Assembly (NCBI GenBank): GCA_963806755.1
Contig: CAWDZR010000024.1
Location: forward strand, 12,091 to 76,090
Source: an uncultured Gemmatimonadales bacterium
GTDB taxonomy: Bacteria > Gemmatimonadota > Gemmatimonadetes > Gemmatimonadales > JACORV01
Direction: 5' to 3'
DNA length: 64,000 nt
The notes beneath the pieces were generated by a model. That model did no database searches and was not told the DNA's origin. It saw nothing but the letters and a program-made list of their open reading frames with translations. Shown piece by piece: positions 1-8,890 of this stretch (position 1 is the first letter of the stretch; each line of letters begins with the position of its first letter). The position numbers and the translations under genes were made by a program.

Positions 1-60
1 CTTGCCCTGGGTGCAGCCGGCGAGGACGAACCCCGTCACGATGAGCGCCCGCGCGTTCAT
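1..60 (-). CDS. N-terminus of a probable lipoprotein (runs off window)
   Basis: Minus-strand ATG at 60 with GGAGG just upstream; MNARALIVTGFVLAGCTQGK contains lipobox LAGC. Confidence 0.55.
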   Translation of the reverse strand, partial: MNARALIVTGFVLAGCTQGK

Positions 61-87
61 GGCATCCTCCGAAGTGGGAGTTCAATA

Positions 88-1023
88 ATGCCAACGACCC
101 CGGTCCCTTTGCCAGACCCGCCTCGCGCCGGCTCGCCGACGCGCGCATCCGACGCGGCGCGGCTCGCTCCGGACGCGGCCCGGCTCGAGGCCGACGTGCG
201 CGCGCTGGCGGTGGTGCGTCACCGCATCGCGGCGCCCGCGGCGCTCGCGGCGGTCGAGGACCACGTCGCGCTGGAGCTGGGCTCGGCGGGGCTCCGGGTC
301 GAGCGGCAGCTGTTCGAGTTCGCCGGCGCGGAGTACCACAACGTCGTGGCCACGCGGGACGGCGAAGAGCCGGCGCGACCGTGGGTGGTCGTGGCGGCCC
401 ACTTCGACTCGACGCCGCACACCCCCGGCGCCGACGACAACGCCAGCGGGGTCGCCGCCATGCTGGAGGTGGCGCGGCTGCTGCGGGGCGAGCGGCTGGG
501 CGCCACGATCCAGTTCGTGGGCCTCAACCTCGAGGAAGTGCAGAATCTCCTGGGGCAGTTCCGGGTCGGGAGCCTGGCGTACGCCCGCTGGCTCCGCGCC
601 CGCGGCCAGGCGGTCGCGGGGGCGCTGGTGCTGGAGATGCTCGGCTACACGAGCCCGCGCCAGGCGGCGCTGCTCGGGCTGCGGCTGCTCAAGCGGGTGC
701 CGCGCGAGGGGAACTTCCTGGCGGCGGTCGCCGACTGGCGCTCGCGCGAGCTGCTCGCCGCGTTCGAGCGGGCGGCGGCGCCGCACCTGCCGGTGTTCGG
801 CATGGCCGTTCCGCTCCGGGGATGGGTGGCGCCCGACACGCGGCGCTCCGACAACGCCCGCTTCTGGGACGAGGGCTACCCGGCGCTGATGGTCACCGAC
901 ACGGCCGACCTTCGCAACCCGCACTACCACACGCCCGGCGACACGCCGGAGAGCCTGGACTACGACTTCCTCGCCCGCGCGACGGCCGCCGTCGCCGCGG
1001 CGGCGCGGGGCCTGGCCCGCTAG
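88..1023 (+). CDS. M28 family metallopeptidase
   Basis: AHFDS, PGADDNASGVAA, NLEE, RSDN and YHTPGDT motifs typical of M28/M20 Zn peptidases. Confidence 0.88.
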   Translation: MPTTPVPLPDPPRAGSPTRASDAARLAPDAARLEADVRALAVVRHRIAAPAALAAVEDHVALELGSAGLRVERQLFEFAGAEYHNVVATRDGEEPARPWVVVAAHFDSTPHTPGADDNASGVAAMLEVARLLRGERLGATIQFVGLNLEEVQNLLGQFRVGSLAYARWLRARGQAVAGALVLEMLGYTSPRQAALLGLRLLKRVPREGNFLAAVADWRSRELLAAFERAAAPHLPVFGMAVPLRGWVAPDTRRSDNARFWDEGYPALMVTDTADLRNPHYHTPGDTPESLDYDFLARATAAVAAAARGLAR

Positions 1024-1277
1024 GGCGCGACCTTGAACACCTTGTCGCCGGTCCGCACGCGGTCGGCGACCTGCAGGCCGAACTCGTCGACGGGCTTCGC
1101 CACGTCGATCTTCCGGTGCTCGACTTCCATCGAGGTCACCATCTCGGTGAGATCGGTGTGCGCACCCTTGATGTGGATCTGGTCGCCGACCTTGATCTCC
1201 GCGGCGGTCATCTTGACGATCGCGACGTGGGGACGGTCGAAGTAATGCGTCACGAGACCGACTTCGAGCTCCGGCAT
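1020..1277 (-). CDS. Small EF-Tu domain 2-like beta-barrel protein
   Basis: MPELEVGLVTHYF...VGDQIHIKGAHTD...RTGDKVFKV family pattern; GGGGAGG RBS before ATG 1277. Confidence 0.75.
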   Translation of the reverse strand: MPELEVGLVTHYFDRPHVAIVKMTAAEIKVGDQIHIKGAHTDLTEMVTSMEVEHRKIDVAKPVDEFGLQVADRVRTGDKVFKVAP

Positions 1278-1356
1278 AGCGCCTCCCCTCAGGTCCGCAG
1301 GCAATGCTATCCCGCCGCGGCGGCGCCGGCCAGAGTGCCCCGCTCGTGCCCGCCGC

Positions 1357-2427
1357 TCATGGGCCGCCGGCCTCGAAGGGCGGCCCGCGGACACCCCGTT
1401 CCGTCACCCACCCGGTGATCACTTCCGCCGGCGTCACGTCGAACGCCGGGTTGTAGGCGGCGCTGCCCCGAGGCGCCGCGGGCACGCCGAGCGGCCGGAG
1501 CACTTCGTCCCCGTCGCGCTGCTCGATCGGGATGTCGGCGCCCGTCGCGCACGCGAGGTCGAACGACGACCACGGCACCACCACGTAGAACGGCACGCCG
1601 TGGTGCCGCGCCGCGAGGGCGAGCGGGTACGTGCCCACCTTGTTCGCGGTGTCGCCGTTGCGGGCGACGCGGTCGGCGCCGACCAGAACCAGATCCACGC
1701 GTCCCGCGGCCATCAGGCTCGCGGCCGCGCCGTCGGGCAGCACTGTGTGCGGGACCGCGGCCTTGGCCAGCTCCCACGCCGTGAGCCGGCTCCCCTGCAG
1801 CAGCGGACGCGTCTCGTCCACCCACACGTGCACCCGCGTGCCGCGCTCCGCCGCGACGTGCACGATGCCCAGCGCCGTCCCCACGCCGCCGGTCGCCAGG
1901 AAGCCCGTGTTGCAGTGCGTCAGCACGTTGATGAGCGGCGCCTCCCCGTGCCCCTGTGCCCCCGTGCCCCCGTGCCCCCGTGCCCGCAGCAGTTCCTGCC
2001 CATGCTCGGCGATCCGCCGGCACGCCTCGACGTCCTCGTCCCAGATGGCCTGCGCTTCCGCCTCCAGCGCCGCGAGCACGTCGTCGGGACCACCGGGCGT
2101 CGCCGCGCCGCGGCGCAGCAACCGGTCCATCGCCCAGCCCAGGTTCACGGCCGTTGGCCGGGCCGCGCGCAGGGCGGCCACCCCCGCCTCCAACGCGGCC
2201 AGCAGCTCGCGCCGGCCGCCGGCTCCGCGGCCGCGCAACGCCCCGGAGAGGCCCATGGCCGCGGCGATGCCGATCGCCGGGGCCCCCCGCACCCGCAGCG
2301 CACGGATGGCCTCGGCCACGCTCTCGACCGTGTCCAGCACGAGCCACCGCTCCTCGTGCGGCAGCAGGGTCTGGTCCAGGATCGTGAGCCGCCGGTCGGC
2401 GGTCCATCCCATCGGGTGGTGGCTCAT
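1357..2427 (-). CDS. mtnA: S-methyl-5-thioribose-1-phosphate isomerase
   Basis: LDQTLLP, VRGAPAIG, ARPTAVNL, THCNTGFLAT, ETRPLLQGSRLT, GADR, NKVGTY and NPAFDVTP motifs. Confidence 0.95.
   Translation of the reverse strand: MSHHPMGWTADRRLTILDQTLLPHEERWLVLDTVESVAEAIRALRVRGAPAIGIAAAMGLSGALRGRGAGGRRELLAALEAGVAALRAARPTAVNLGWAMDRLLRRGAATPGGPDDVLAALEAEAQAIWDEDVEACRRIAEHGQELLRARGHGGTGAQGHGEAPLINVLTHCNTGFLATGGVGTALGIVHVAAERGTRVHVWVDETRPLLQGSRLTAWELAKAAVPHTVLPDGAAASLMAAGRVDLVLVGADRVARNGDTANKVGTYPLALAARHHGVPFYVVVPWSSFDLACATGADIPIEQRDGDEVLRPLGVPAAPRGSAAYNPAFDVTPAEVITGWVTERGVRGPPFEAGGP
1944..1985. repeat. Octamer (CCCCCGTG)n tandem inside mtnA
   Basis: About 5 copies; encodes GHGGTGAQGHG insert. Confidence 0.8.
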
Positions 2428-2462
2428 GGCGGGCAACCTAGGCCCGCGCTTACCTTTTCGCC

Positions 2463-3245
2463 ATGAACTTCGAGACCCTGCTCCTCACCGTGTCGGAGGG
2501 CGTCGCCACGCTCACGGTGAACCGTCCCGACAAGCTCAACGCGCTCAACGACCAGGTGGTGCGCGAGCTGCGCGAAGCGGCGCGCCAGCTCGCGGCCGAC
2601 TCCGCGGTTCGCGGCGTCATCCTGACCGGCGCCGGGCCCAAGGCCTTCATCGCCGGCGCCGACATCGGCGACCTCGCGAAGCAGGGCGTGCTCCAGGGCC
2701 GCGCCCGCTCGCTGAACGGCCAGGCGATGCTGCGCGCGTTCGAGGCGATGGGCAAGCCGGTGCTCGCCGCCGTCAACGGCTACGCCCTCGGCGGCGGCTG
2801 CGAGCTGGCGATGGCGTGCCACGTCCGCATCGCGAGCGAAAACGCCAGGTTCGGCCAGCCCGAGGTCAAGCTCGGCATCACCCCTGGCTACGGCGGCACG
2901 CAGCGCCTGCCGCGCATCGTCGGCAAGGGCAACGCGCTGCAGCTGCTGCTGACCGGCGAGCAGATCGACGCCCGCGAGGCGCTCCGGATCGGCCTCGTGA
3001 CCCGCGTCGTGCCCGCCGACCAGATCCTCGCCGAGGCCGGCAAGCTGATGCGCGCCATTCTCGCCAACGCGCCCCTCGCCCTCCAGCTCACGATGGAAGC
3101 GGTGGACCGCGGCCTCGACATGACGCTCGAGCAGGGGCTCGCGCTCGAGGCCGACGCCTTCGGGCTCGTCGCCGCCAGCGACGACATGAAGGAAGGACTG
3201 AACGCCTTCCTGCAGAAGCGCCCGCCGAAGTTCGAGGGCAAGTGA
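2463..3245 (+). CDS. Enoyl-CoA hydratase (crotonase)
   Basis: NRPDKLNALN, FIAGADI, ALGGGCELAMAC and QPEVKLGITPGYGGTQRLPR motifs. Confidence 0.93.
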   Translation: MNFETLLLTVSEGVATLTVNRPDKLNALNDQVVRELREAARQLAADSAVRGVILTGAGPKAFIAGADIGDLAKQGVLQGRARSLNGQAMLRAFEAMGKPVLAAVNGYALGGGCELAMACHVRIASENARFGQPEVKLGITPGYGGTQRLPRIVGKGNALQLLLTGEQIDAREALRIGLVTRVVPADQILAEAGKLMRAILANAPLALQLTMEAVDRGLDMTLEQGLALEADAFGLVAASDDMKEGLNAFLQKRPPKFEGK

Positions 3246-3703
3246 CAGTGGGCACAGGGGCACAGACGCACAGGCGCACGGGCGGGCGGTTCCTCTGCCG
3301 TGCCCCCGTGCCCCCGTGCCCCCGTGCCCGCCTGTTTCTGCCCCTGTGCCTCTGTGCACTCTGGCTTTCCTGCACGGATCCTCGCGCGCGGCCGGCTCCG
3401 CCAAGCGTGAAGCTCATCATCCCGCCCGGCGTCATCGTGCGCAGCCCGGGCACCATCCCGGCCTCGGTCGTCGTCTTCGACGCCGAGGGCGTGGACAGCA
3501 TCCACATGACCCTGCAGAGTCCCTTTCCCGCGCTCCAGGGCGACTCGCTCTATTTCGTTCCCGACACGACCGACTTCACGCAGAGCGTCCTTTGGAGCGT
3601 CCCATCCGGCATCCCGGCCGGCACCAAAATCACCCTCGGCGCAAAAGCCTGGGATTTGCTCGGATTTATGGCCGCGGACAGCGCGATCGTGACCTCGCAG
3701 TAG
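3242..3703 (+). CDS. Hypothetical lipoprotein with Ig-like beta domain
   Basis: GTG overlaps the upstream TGA; hydrophobic stretch ending WLSC, then beta-rich domain; start uncertain because of octamer repeats. Confidence 0.6.
   Translation: MTVGTGAQTHRRTGGRFLCRAPVPPCPRARLFLPLCLCALWLSCTDPRARPAPPSVKLIIPPGVIVRSPGTIPASVVVFDAEGVDSIHMTLQSPFPALQGDSLYFVPDTTDFTQSVLWSVPSGIPAGTKITLGAKAWDLLGFMAADSAIVTSQ
3250..3358. repeat. Octamer GGGCAC/GTGCCC tandems in inverted arrangement
   Basis: gggcacaggggcacagacgcacag...gtgcccccgtgcccccgtgccc. Confidence 0.75.
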
Positions 3704-3727
3704 CCCCGCCGCAGGTGGGGTAAACCC

Positions 3728-3756
3728 TTGTATTGCCTTGATTTCGTAGCTAACTT
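3728..3756 (+). promoter_or_regulatory. Sigma70-type promoter
   Basis: TTGTAT-N17-TAACTT in an AT-rich patch, 7 nt before GTG 3764. Confidence 0.55.
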
Positions 3757-3763
3757 ACCGGGC

Positions 3764-4219
3764 GTGATCGGACCCCCGCAGCGCCAGGGTTTGGCGGTCC
3801 GCCACGGGCGGCGCTGGAGCGGTCGCGCGCTCGCCGGACTGGGCCTCGCGGGGACGCTCGCCTGGGCGGCGTCGGGGTGCCGTCCGGCGACCACGGAACC
3901 CAACACACCGAAGGGTCCGGGCAATGGGGCGCCGCTCGTGGTGATCGATCCGGCGCAGGACACGACGGTGGACTCGATCGGCACGCTGGACATCGTCATC
4001 GCCGTCCACGACGCGGCGTTCATCGACACGGTCGCCGTGACGTTCCAGGGCGCGTCGCTGGCGTATCTCCCGTTTTACTCGGGCGACACCCTCTTTCAGG
4101 CCATCATCCCGGTGGCGCTCGGGCCGCTGAAGCACCAGACGTTCAGCTACGCGGTGAGCGCCTCGAACATCCTCGGCAGGGACACCACGACCTCGAGCGT
4201 GAACGTGAGGGTGCGATAG
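3764..4219 (+). CDS. Hypothetical lipoprotein, Ig-like; possibly related to the upstream gene
   Basis: Signal ending ASGC, Pro-rich linker, beta-strand domain (DAAFIDTV vs DAEGVDSI upstream). Confidence 0.65.
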   Translation: MIGPPQRQGLAVRHGRRWSGRALAGLGLAGTLAWAASGCRPATTEPNTPKGPGNGAPLVVIDPAQDTTVDSIGTLDIVIAVHDAAFIDTVAVTFQGASLAYLPFYSGDTLFQAIIPVALGPLKHQTFSYAVSASNILGRDTTTSSVNVRVR

Positions 4220-5292
4220 CGCGCATCGCGCGGCTCTCGGTCCGGAGCTTCCGCAACCTGGGAGACGCGGACCTGGAGCTGCCGCCGCAGGGGATGGTCC
4301 TCGTCGGGCCGAACGGCCACGGCAAGACGAGCCTGCTGGAGGCGGCGTTGTATCTCGAGGTGTTCCGGTCGTTCCGCGGCGGGCGCGATCGGGAGCTGGT
4401 GCGGTTCGGCGACGACGGATTCCACGTCGAGGTTCAGACGGAGGGCGCGGTCATCGCCGCGGGCTACGACGCGCGGACCGGCGAGAAGCGCGTGACCGCC
4501 GGCGGCCTGCGGGCCGAGCGGCTGGCCGACGCGATCGGGGCGGTGCGGGGCGTGGTCTTGAGTCCTTCGGACGTGGCGCTGGCGACCGGGGGGGCTCGGG
4601 TGCGGCGGGGCTTCCTGGACGTGCTGCTCGCACTGGCCGTGTCCGGCTACGTGGAGTCGCTGGGGGAGTACCGACGCGCACTGCGGCATCGCTGTCACGC
4701 GCGCGGGGGCGACGTCGAGGATTGGGAGGCGCTGCTGGCGCGCTCGGGCGCGCGGGTGGCGGCGGCGCGGCGGCAGTGGGTCGAGCGGTGGGCGGCACGC
4801 TATTGCGGGTACTGCGCCGAGATCGGCGAGCGGCTCGATACGGGACTGCGCTACCACTCGCGCGCGACGGCGAGCGAGGAGGAGCTGGCGGCGGCGCTGG
4901 CGCGGTCGCGGCCGCGGGACCTGGAGCGGGGCACGACCTCGGTGGGCCCGCATCGCGACGATCTCCAGCTGTTGCTGGGCGAGCGGCCGCTGGGGACTTA
5001 CGGCAGCGCCGGGCAGTGGCGGACCGCGGCGCTGGCGCTGCGGCTGGTGGCGGCGGAGACGCTCGCGGAGCAGGACGGCCGTGGCGACGGCGGCCCGCCG
5101 GTGATCTGCCTCGACGACGTGTTCGCCGAGCTGGATGCGGAGCGCAGCGCGCGGCTCGGCACGCTGGTCGAGGAGCTGGCGGCGCGCGGGAGCCAGGTGT
5201 TCGCGACGGTGCCGCGCGAGGGCGAGCTGCCGGCTGCGGTGAGCGCGCTGCCGCGGTGGCACATCAGGGGCGGAGCGATCGAGGCGTCATGA
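4216..5292 (+). CDS. recF: DNA replication/repair protein RecF
   Basis: RLSVRSFRNL, Walker A GPNGHGKT, GPHRDDL, SAGQ and LDDVFAELD; start probably ATA at 4216. Confidence 0.93.
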   Translation: MARIARLSVRSFRNLGDADLELPPQGMVLVGPNGHGKTSLLEAALYLEVFRSFRGGRDRELVRFGDDGFHVEVQTEGAVIAAGYDARTGEKRVTAGGLRAERLADAIGAVRGVVLSPSDVALATGGARVRRGFLDVLLALAVSGYVESLGEYRRALRHRCHARGGDVEDWEALLARSGARVAAARRQWVERWAARYCGYCAEIGERLDTGLRYHSRATASEEELAAALARSRPRDLERGTTSVGPHRDDLQLLLGERPLGTYGSAGQWRTAALALRLVAAETLAEQDGRGDGGPPVICLDDVFAELDAERSARLGTLVEELAARGSQVFATVPREGELPAAVSALPRWHIRGGAIEAS

Positions 5293-5305
5293 GAGCATCG
5301 AACCG

Positions 5306-5677
5306 GTGAGCGAAGCGCGCAAGTCGAAGCCGACGCAGGTCGGGACGGTGCTCGCGGCGTTCCTGAAGTCGTCGGGGCTGGCCGAGCGCGTGGGCCAGGC
5401 CGCGGTGGTGGAGGCGTGGCCCGCCCTGGTGGGCGAGCGCATCGCGCGCGCCGCGCATCCCGAGTCGGTGGCCGCGGACGGCACGCTGTTCGTGCGGGTG
5501 AAGTCGAGCGCCTGGCGGCAGGAGCTGTCGCTGATGACGCCCGAGGTGCTCTCGCTGCTCAACGCGGAGCGCACGGCGGGGCGGATCAAGCGGATCCGCT
5601 GGCTGGTGGGCGGCGAGGCGGCCGAGGCCGCGCCGCGCTTCCCGCGGGGCCGCGGGCGCCGGGGGGCCGCGCCGTGA
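5306..5677 (+). CDS. DUF721 / DciA family protein
   Basis: W..LVG..IA..A.P..V..GTLFVRV.SSAWRQEL pattern; canonical position after recF. Confidence 0.85.
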   Translation: MSEARKSKPTQVGTVLAAFLKSSGLAERVGQAAVVEAWPALVGERIARAAHPESVAADGTLFVRVKSSAWRQELSLMTPEVLSLLNAERTAGRIKRIRWLVGGEAAEAAPRFPRGRGRRGAAP

Positions 5678-6735
5678 AGGCCGCGCTCGCGCCCGCGCCG
5701 GCACTGACGGTCCGCCAGGCCGCGAGCCGCATCGTCGCGCGACAGGTGCGGGGCCTGCTCGCCTACGAGAAGGCGGCGCGCCGCGGCGACGACCCCGAGG
5801 CGGTGCACCAGATGCGGGTGCAGACCCGGCGGCTGCGGGCCGCCTCCGCGCTGTTCGCCGGCGTGCTCCGCGCCCCGCGGCGGGCCCGCGCCTCGCGGCT
5901 GCAGTGGCTCGCCCGCGGCCTCGGCCGCGTGCGCGACCTCGACGTGATCGTCGCGCTGCTCGAGGACCGCCACCTCCCGGAGCTGGGCGGCGCCGAGGCG
6001 GCGCGGCTCGAGGACCTGCTCGCGGCGCTGAAGGAGCGCCGCTGGCGCGCGCAGAAGAAGCTGGGCGCGCGCCTCGCGGGAGGGCGCTGGGAGAAGCTGA
6101 AGGCGGCGCTCGGCGAGTGGGCGCGGCACCCGCGGTTCGCGGGCCGCGGGCACGAGGACGCCGTGGCGGCGCGCTACCTGACCGACGTCATCCACCGCGA
6201 CGCGAACCGCGTGTCCGCGCGCCGCGGGATGACGGAGCGGGTACCCACGGCGGCCGACCTGCACCGGCTGCGCATCGCGGTCAAGCGGCTGCGCTACGTG
6301 CTCGACTTCCACGCCGAGACGTGCGGCTTGGCCTTCGACGCCGAGCGCCGGCTGACCCGGCAACTCCAGGACTGCCTGGGCGAGATCCACGATCACGACC
6401 TGCTGCTGGGGTGGTTCGGCGAGGCGGCGGGCACGGAGGCGCCGGGGCACGGGGGCGCGGCCGGGCGGCGGCGCGGCCGGACCCCGAAACCGCCGGTCGA
6501 GGCGACGCTGTTCGCCGGCGCCTGGCAGGCGCTCCCCGAGCGGCTCGCGGCCGACCGCGCGGCGCTGCTCCGGCGCTTCGCGCGGCTGCGGCGCCAGTGG
6601 CTCGCCCGCACGGCGCCGGCGGGCAGCGTCGCGCCGATCGAGGACCCGCGGTTCGTGAGTCTCGAGGCGGCGCCGGTGCAGCTCAGGCTGGTGGCGCCGC
6701 AGAAGACCGTGGCCTCGCTGAGAATCGTACGATGA
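5674..6735 (+). CDS. CHAD domain protein (polyphosphate-binding)
   Basis: EAVHQMRVQTRRLR, LGRVRDLDV, LHRLRIAVKRLRY and LQDCLGEIHD motifs. Confidence 0.88.
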   Translation: MKAALAPAPALTVRQAASRIVARQVRGLLAYEKAARRGDDPEAVHQMRVQTRRLRAASALFAGVLRAPRRARASRLQWLARGLGRVRDLDVIVALLEDRHLPELGGAEAARLEDLLAALKERRWRAQKKLGARLAGGRWEKLKAALGEWARHPRFAGRGHEDAVAARYLTDVIHRDANRVSARRGMTERVPTAADLHRLRIAVKRLRYVLDFHAETCGLAFDAERRLTRQLQDCLGEIHDHDLLLGWFGEAAGTEAPGHGGAAGRRRGRTPKPPVEATLFAGAWQALPERLAADRAALLRRFARLRRQWLARTAPAGSVAPIEDPRFVSLEAAPVQLRLVAPQKTVASLRIVR

Positions 6736-6801
6736 CGCGGAATCGCGCGGTGGTGTTCCCACAACCCACCACCCACAACCCACCAACCGCCTTCCAGGTA
6801 T

Positions 6802-8808
6802 ATGACTAAAGACCAAGCCACCAAGGCCTACGACGCCGAACAGATCCAGGTCCTCAAGGGCCTCGAGGCCGTGCGCCGCCGCCCCGCGATGTACATCGGC
6901 TCGACCAGCTCGCGCGGGCTGCACCACCTCGTCTACGAGATCGTGGACAACTCGGTGGACGAGGCGCTCGCCGGCTTCTGCGACCGGATCGAAGTCATCA
7001 TCCACACGGACGACAGCGTCACCGTGAAGGACAACGGCCGCGGCATCCCGGTGGACATGCACCCCACCGAGAAGATCCCCGGCGTCGAGCTGGCGCTGAC
7101 GGTGCTGCACGCGGGCGGGAAGTTCGACCGCAACACCTACAAGGTGTCGGGCGGACTCCACGGAGTCGGCCTCTCGGTGGTGAACGCGCTGAGCGAGAAG
7201 CTGCACGTCACGGTGCTGCGGGACGGCCAGCGGCACCAGATGGCGTTCGCGCGCGGTGAGACGGTCGAGAAGCTGGCGGTCAAGGGCAAGGCGCCGGGCA
7301 CCGGCACCATCGTCCGTTTCAAGCCCGACGCCACGATCTTCACCGAGACGCGGTTCGACTACAACATCCTCGCGTCGCGGCTCAGGGAGCTGGCGTTCCT
7401 CAACAAGGGCCTCACCATCACCTTCCAGGACGAGCGCGAGGGCCAGCAGCGCGAGGAGACGTTCTTCTACAAGGGCGGGCTGGTCGAGTTCGTGCAGTGG
7501 CTGAACCAGACCAAGAAGCCGCTGCACCCCAAGCCGATCGCCATCGAGACGGTGCGCGACGACGTGGACGTGCAGCTCGCGCTGCAGTACGACGACGGCT
7601 ACACCGAGAACACGCTCACCTTCGTGAACAACATCAACACCCACGAGGGCGGGACGCACCTCACCGGCTTCAAGAGCGCGCTCACCCGCACGATCAACGA
7701 GTACGCCAAGAAGAGCGGCGCGCTGAAGAAGGCCGACTTCACCCTCTCGGGCGACGACGTGCGCGAGGGCCTGACGGCGGTGCTCTCGGTCAAAGTCAAG
7801 GAGCCGCAGTTCGAGGGGCAGACCAAGACCAAGCTCGGCAACAGCGAGGTCGAGGGCATCGTCAAGAGCGTGGTGAACGACCTCCTCGGCAACTACCTCG
7901 ACGAGCATCCGCCGGTGGCGCGGGCGATCATCGAGAAGGCAGCCTCGGCGGCGCTGGCGCGCGAGGCGGCGCGCAAGGCGCGCGACCTGGTGCGGAAGAA
8001 GAGCGGGCTCGAGGGCGGCATCCTGCCCGGCAAGCTGGCCGACTGCTCGCTCACCGATCCGGCGATGTGCGAGATCTACCTCGTCGAGGGCGACAGCGCC
8101 GGCGGCTCGGCCAAGCAGGGGCGCGACCGCGCCTTCCAGGCCATCCTGCCCTTGAGGGGCAAGATCCTCAACGTGCAGAAGGCGCGGATCGACAAGACCC
8201 TCTCGAACGAAGAGATCCGCACCATCATCACGGCGATCGGCACGGGGGTGGCGGAGGACTTCCAGCTCGAGGAGGCGCGCTACCACAAGATCATCATCAT
8301 GACCGACGCCGACGTGGACGGCGCGCACATCCGCACGCTGCTGCTGACGTTCTTCTACAAGGAGATGAAGCAGCTCATTGACGCGGGGTACATCTACATC
8401 GCGCAGCCGCCGCTCTTCCGCGTGGCGCGCGGCAAGGAGGAGTACTACGCGTTCGACGAGGTGGAGCGGGACGAGTATGTGAAGCGGCTGTCGAACGGCG
8501 CGGCGCCCGCGGCGGCCGCCGTGGCGGCCGAGGGTGAGGAGGAGGGCGAAGAGGAGTCCGAGGGGAACGGCAAGCCGGCGCGCGTGCGGAACGTCGCGAT
8601 CCAGCGCTACAAGGGCCTGGGCGAGATGAACCCCGAGCAGCTGTGGAAGACGACGATGGACCCGTCCAAGCGCACGATCCTCAAGGTCGAGATGGAGGAT
8701 GCGTTCGAGGCGAGCCAGCTCTTCGAAGTGCTGATGGGCGACGAGGTCGAGCCCCGCCGCAAGTTCATCGAGGAGAACGCGAAGTTCGTGCGGAACCTGG
8801 ACGTGTAG
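6802..8808 (+). CDS. gyrB: DNA gyrase subunit B
   Basis: [58 protein letters not shown] and C-terminal NLDV. Confidence 0.98.
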   Translation: MTKDQATKAYDAEQIQVLKGLEAVRRRPAMYIGSTSSRGLHHLVYEIVDNSVDEALAGFCDRIEVIIHTDDSVTVKDNGRGIPVDMHPTEKIPGVELALTVLHAGGKFDRNTYKVSGGLHGVGLSVVNALSEKLHVTVLRDGQRHQMAFARGETVEKLAVKGKAPGTGTIVRFKPDATIFTETRFDYNILASRLRELAFLNKGLTITFQDEREGQQREETFFYKGGLVEFVQWLNQTKKPLHPKPIAIETVRDDVDVQLALQYDDGYTENTLTFVNNINTHEGGTHLTGFKSALTRTINEYAKKSGALKKADFTLSGDDVREGLTAVLSVKVKEPQFEGQTKTKLGNSEVEGIVKSVVNDLLGNYLDEHPPVARAIIEKAASAALAREAARKARDLVRKKSGLEGGILPGKLADCSLTDPAMCEIYLVEGDSAGGSAKQGRDRAFQAILPLRGKILNVQKARIDKTLSNEEIRTIITAIGTGVAEDFQLEEARYHKIIIMTDADVDGAHIRTLLLTFFYKEMKQLIDAGYIYIAQPPLFRVARGKEEYYAFDEVERDEYVKRLSNGAAPAAAAVAAEGEEEGEEESEGNGKPARVRNVAIQRYKGLGEMNPEQLWKTTMDPSKRTILKVEMEDAFEASQLFEVLMGDEVEPRRKFIEENAKFVRNLDV

Positions 8809-8890
8809 GGGGCATCCGATCTCCGTGCCTCCCACCGAACCCGCAGATCCAGTGAGAGGCGCGGAAGGCATGGCGGTGGCCTTACACCCT

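Noticed and set aside
3700-3765. Replication origin near recF/gyrB
   Set aside because: The AT-rich patch is short, no DnaA-box cluster was seen, and it is explained as a promoter
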